From: Actinomycetota bacterium
GTDB taxonomy: Bacteria; Actinomycetota; Actinomycetes; S36-B12; UBA5976
Direction of reading: 5' to 3'
Assembly (NCBI GenBank): GCA_026392515.1
Contig: JAPLBY010000030.1
Location: forward strand, 2,902 to 66,901
Length of the DNA stretch: 64,000 nt
The stretch's first letter is position 1, and every line of letters begins with the position of its first letter. Made by a program: the position numbers and the translations under genes. Below, piece by piece: positions 62,702 through 64,000 of this stretch. Under the pieces are notes generated by a model. That model was given only the letters and a program-made list of their open reading frames with translations, was not told where the DNA came from and made no database searches.

Positions 62702-62728
62702 TCACATGTGTGATATTCACATATGTGA
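62702..62728. promoter_or_regulatory. Two adjacent TCACA-N2-TGTGA palindromes upstream of the 878-aa surface protein gene
   Basis: TCACATGTGTGA (62702-62713) and TCACATATGTGA (62717-62728, inside the perfect 14-bp palindrome TTCACATATGTGAA). They lie between the kinase stop (62731) and the surface-gene start. Confidence 0.5.
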
Positions 62729-62730
62729 AA

Positions 62731-63804
62731 TTAGAGTTTCCAGCGTAATTCGATTACAACTTGTTCATCTTGATTAGAGATACTCCATGCGCCGTCAAAC
62801 TTTGTTACCCAAGCATCAATCACCGCGAAGCCATGTCCCTGCATCGAGGTGTGCGGTTCATACAAAATTCCATTATTCGAAATTTTCAGAAATAACTCAA
62901 TACTTGAAATTTGAGCCTGCACTTCAAGGTGGTTAGCCGTTCCATGAGCCAAGCTATTCAATAGTGCTTGCTCAATGATCCGATAAATGCCTAGGAAATA
63001 GGTCTGGCTAGCTTGACCATTGGTTTCGAAAACCTCCATGTTGTGAAGCCGGCAGTCAATCACATCTTTGTATCTTGAAAACAAGCGCTGCAGGCTTGTC
63101 TCAAGGTTGTCTACCTGAAAATTTGGGGTGATCCCCTTCCCAAAGTCTCGAACTTCTTGGGCGCGTATGTCCTCAATGTCCTCAATAACATTCATGATCT
63201 TTGCAGAGTCATTTTCGTTTAACGAGTCTCTGATTTGATTTAGTTGAATGCCAATGGCCACTAGGCGCGTTTGTAAGTTGTCGTGGAGATGACTGGAAAT
63301 CAGCGATCGGAATTCTTCTTCGGCTGAGATTAGGGATTTTTGGTGCGATTCTAATTCTTTGGTTCGCTTTTGAACTTGTGCGATCAAGTAACCCGCTATT
63401 GATTCAGTCACACTGACCAGCAAAACTAATCTAAAGAATGCCACGGCCGATTCGAGATTCGATCGATCAAGTGCTACCAGTAAGAAAATTTCCATCGGAC
63501 TGACCGACAATCCAATAACTGCTAAGTACTTTGCTATCCAGAATTTAGGTTGTGACTTTTTTATTAGAGCAGAACCTAAGTAACAGATAACAAAGGCAAA
63601 AACTATCGTGAATAGCGAAAACAATACGAGTGGCAGTAAGTTGGACTCCGGCGCATAGTTCAATACCCTTCGATATTCAAAAATGATTCGCCAGAATGCA
63701 AAAATTGTTATTGCCGGAAAAGTTGCATAAATCTTTCTAGGAGTCCTGAAAAACTCTCGAATACTCCAAATTGATTCAGAAAAAAAATACTTGAAGCTAG
63801 GCAT
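62731..63804 (-). CDS. Membrane sensor histidine kinase (HisKA_3-type)
   Basis: 357-aa ORF with N-terminal TM helices, H-box HLHDNLQTRL, N-box EQALLNSLAHG and a G-box-like GHGFAVIDAW. Confidence 0.8.
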   Translation of the reverse strand: MPSFKYFFSESIWSIREFFRTPRKIYATFPAITIFAFWRIIFEYRRVLNYAPESNLLPLVLFSLFTIVFAFVICYLGSALIKKSQPKFWIAKYLAVIGLSVSPMEIFLLVALDRSNLESAVAFFRLVLLVSVTESIAGYLIAQVQKRTKELESHQKSLISAEEEFRSLISSHLHDNLQTRLVAIGIQLNQIRDSLNENDSAKIMNVIEDIEDIRAQEVRDFGKGITPNFQVDNLETSLQRLFSRYKDVIDCRLHNMEVFETNGQASQTYFLGIYRIIEQALLNSLAHGTANHLEVQAQISSIELFLKISNNGILYEPHTSMQGHGFAVIDAWVTKFDGAWSISNQDEQVVIELRWKL

Positions 63805-63805
63805 G

Positions 63806-64000
63806 CTATATTGATGAAGTAGTAAGTTGCTGATAGCGCAAAATTGATGTTACGCGAAGGTCAACTCCGGGCTCTGGATTTGGAACGAGTATCGAGTAGG
63901 CGTTTGATAAATCTTTTCGCACGCTATCAAAAGAAATGCTGAGTTTCTCAGCAATTGCCCTTGGTTCGATACCAGTTGCCAGCATCGACAAAACTAAATG
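63806..64000 (-). CDS. LuxR/GerE-family regulator, C-terminal HTH part (5' end outside window; probably the cognate response regulator)
   Basis: The frame stays open to the window edge (…HLVLSMLATGIEPRAIAEKLSISFDSVRKDLSNAYSIL), a GerE-type HTH. The stop lies 1 nt before the kinase start. Confidence 0.7.
   Translation of the reverse strand, partial: HLVLSMLATGIEPRAIAEKLSISFDSVRKDLSNAYSILVPNPEPGVDLRVTSILRYQQLTTSSI

Noticed and set aside
55334-64000. Active integrative element, prophage or defence island
   Set aside because: There is no integrase, excisionase, transposase, phage structural gene or nuclease/ATPase defence-type ORF on either strand. Only the att-like ladder supports a mobile origin, so I call it a remnant or trans-mobilised stack.

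Overview
This window reads as a chromosomal segment of a moderate-GC Actinomycetota genome. That is inferred from gene content; I computed no GC value and ran no database search. The backbone carries classic actinobacterial synteny: yaaA, RNase H, Zn-ribbon protein, tRNA-Val, ahpE-like peroxiredoxin, DUF3052, aceE, an aldo/keto reductase, a PucR-type (FasR/MabR-like) regulator, fabD-fabH-acpP-fabF-accD6, then DUF3145. The first 15 kb holds a peptide/amino-acid utilisation block: a TtuC-like dehydrogenase, an alpha/beta hydrolase, an M20 peptidase, an S9 peptidase, a five-gene Opp/Dpp-type ABC importer, a TetR gene, RNase P RNA, an amidohydrolase and a dimethylglycine-dehydrogenase-like enzyme. 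A second DMGDH-like paralog and a monomeric sarcosine-oxidase-like gene lie further on.

Two regions are not ordinary.

- **Giant surface protein (41.4-50.9 kb).** One 9.4 kb gene encodes a secreted mosaic protein of about 3,140 aa. By eye it contains Gly-rich, LamG, NIDO-like, FN3, choice-of-anchor-L, He_PIG and Cys-less C-type-lectin-like modules, plus over 1,200 aa I cannot assign. It is divergent from a LuxR/HisKA_3 two-component system.
- **Stacked cassettes at tRNA-Met (from 55.26 kb).** The 3' part of the tRNA recurs downstream as same-orientation copies: one perfect (43 nt), one near-perfect and one decayed. These copies delimit cassettes: a GT-C-like membrane protein, an FN3 pseudogene, and OmpA-anchored repeat/propeller surface proteins. 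The cassettes share a GACAGCAAC-N3-GACAGCAA motif and TCACA-N2-TGTGA palindromes, and a second two-component system follows. No integrase is visible.

Other notable items:
- FabD is fused to a lysine-less biotinyl/lipoyl-like domain.
- A shared TTGTAGG/CCTACAA inverted repeat sits upstream of fabD and upstream of the convergent DUF3145 gene just past accD6.
- The TetR gene appears frameshifted.
- Several CDSs contain perfect in-frame tandem duplications.

No CRISPR array, transposase or recognisable defence genes were seen.
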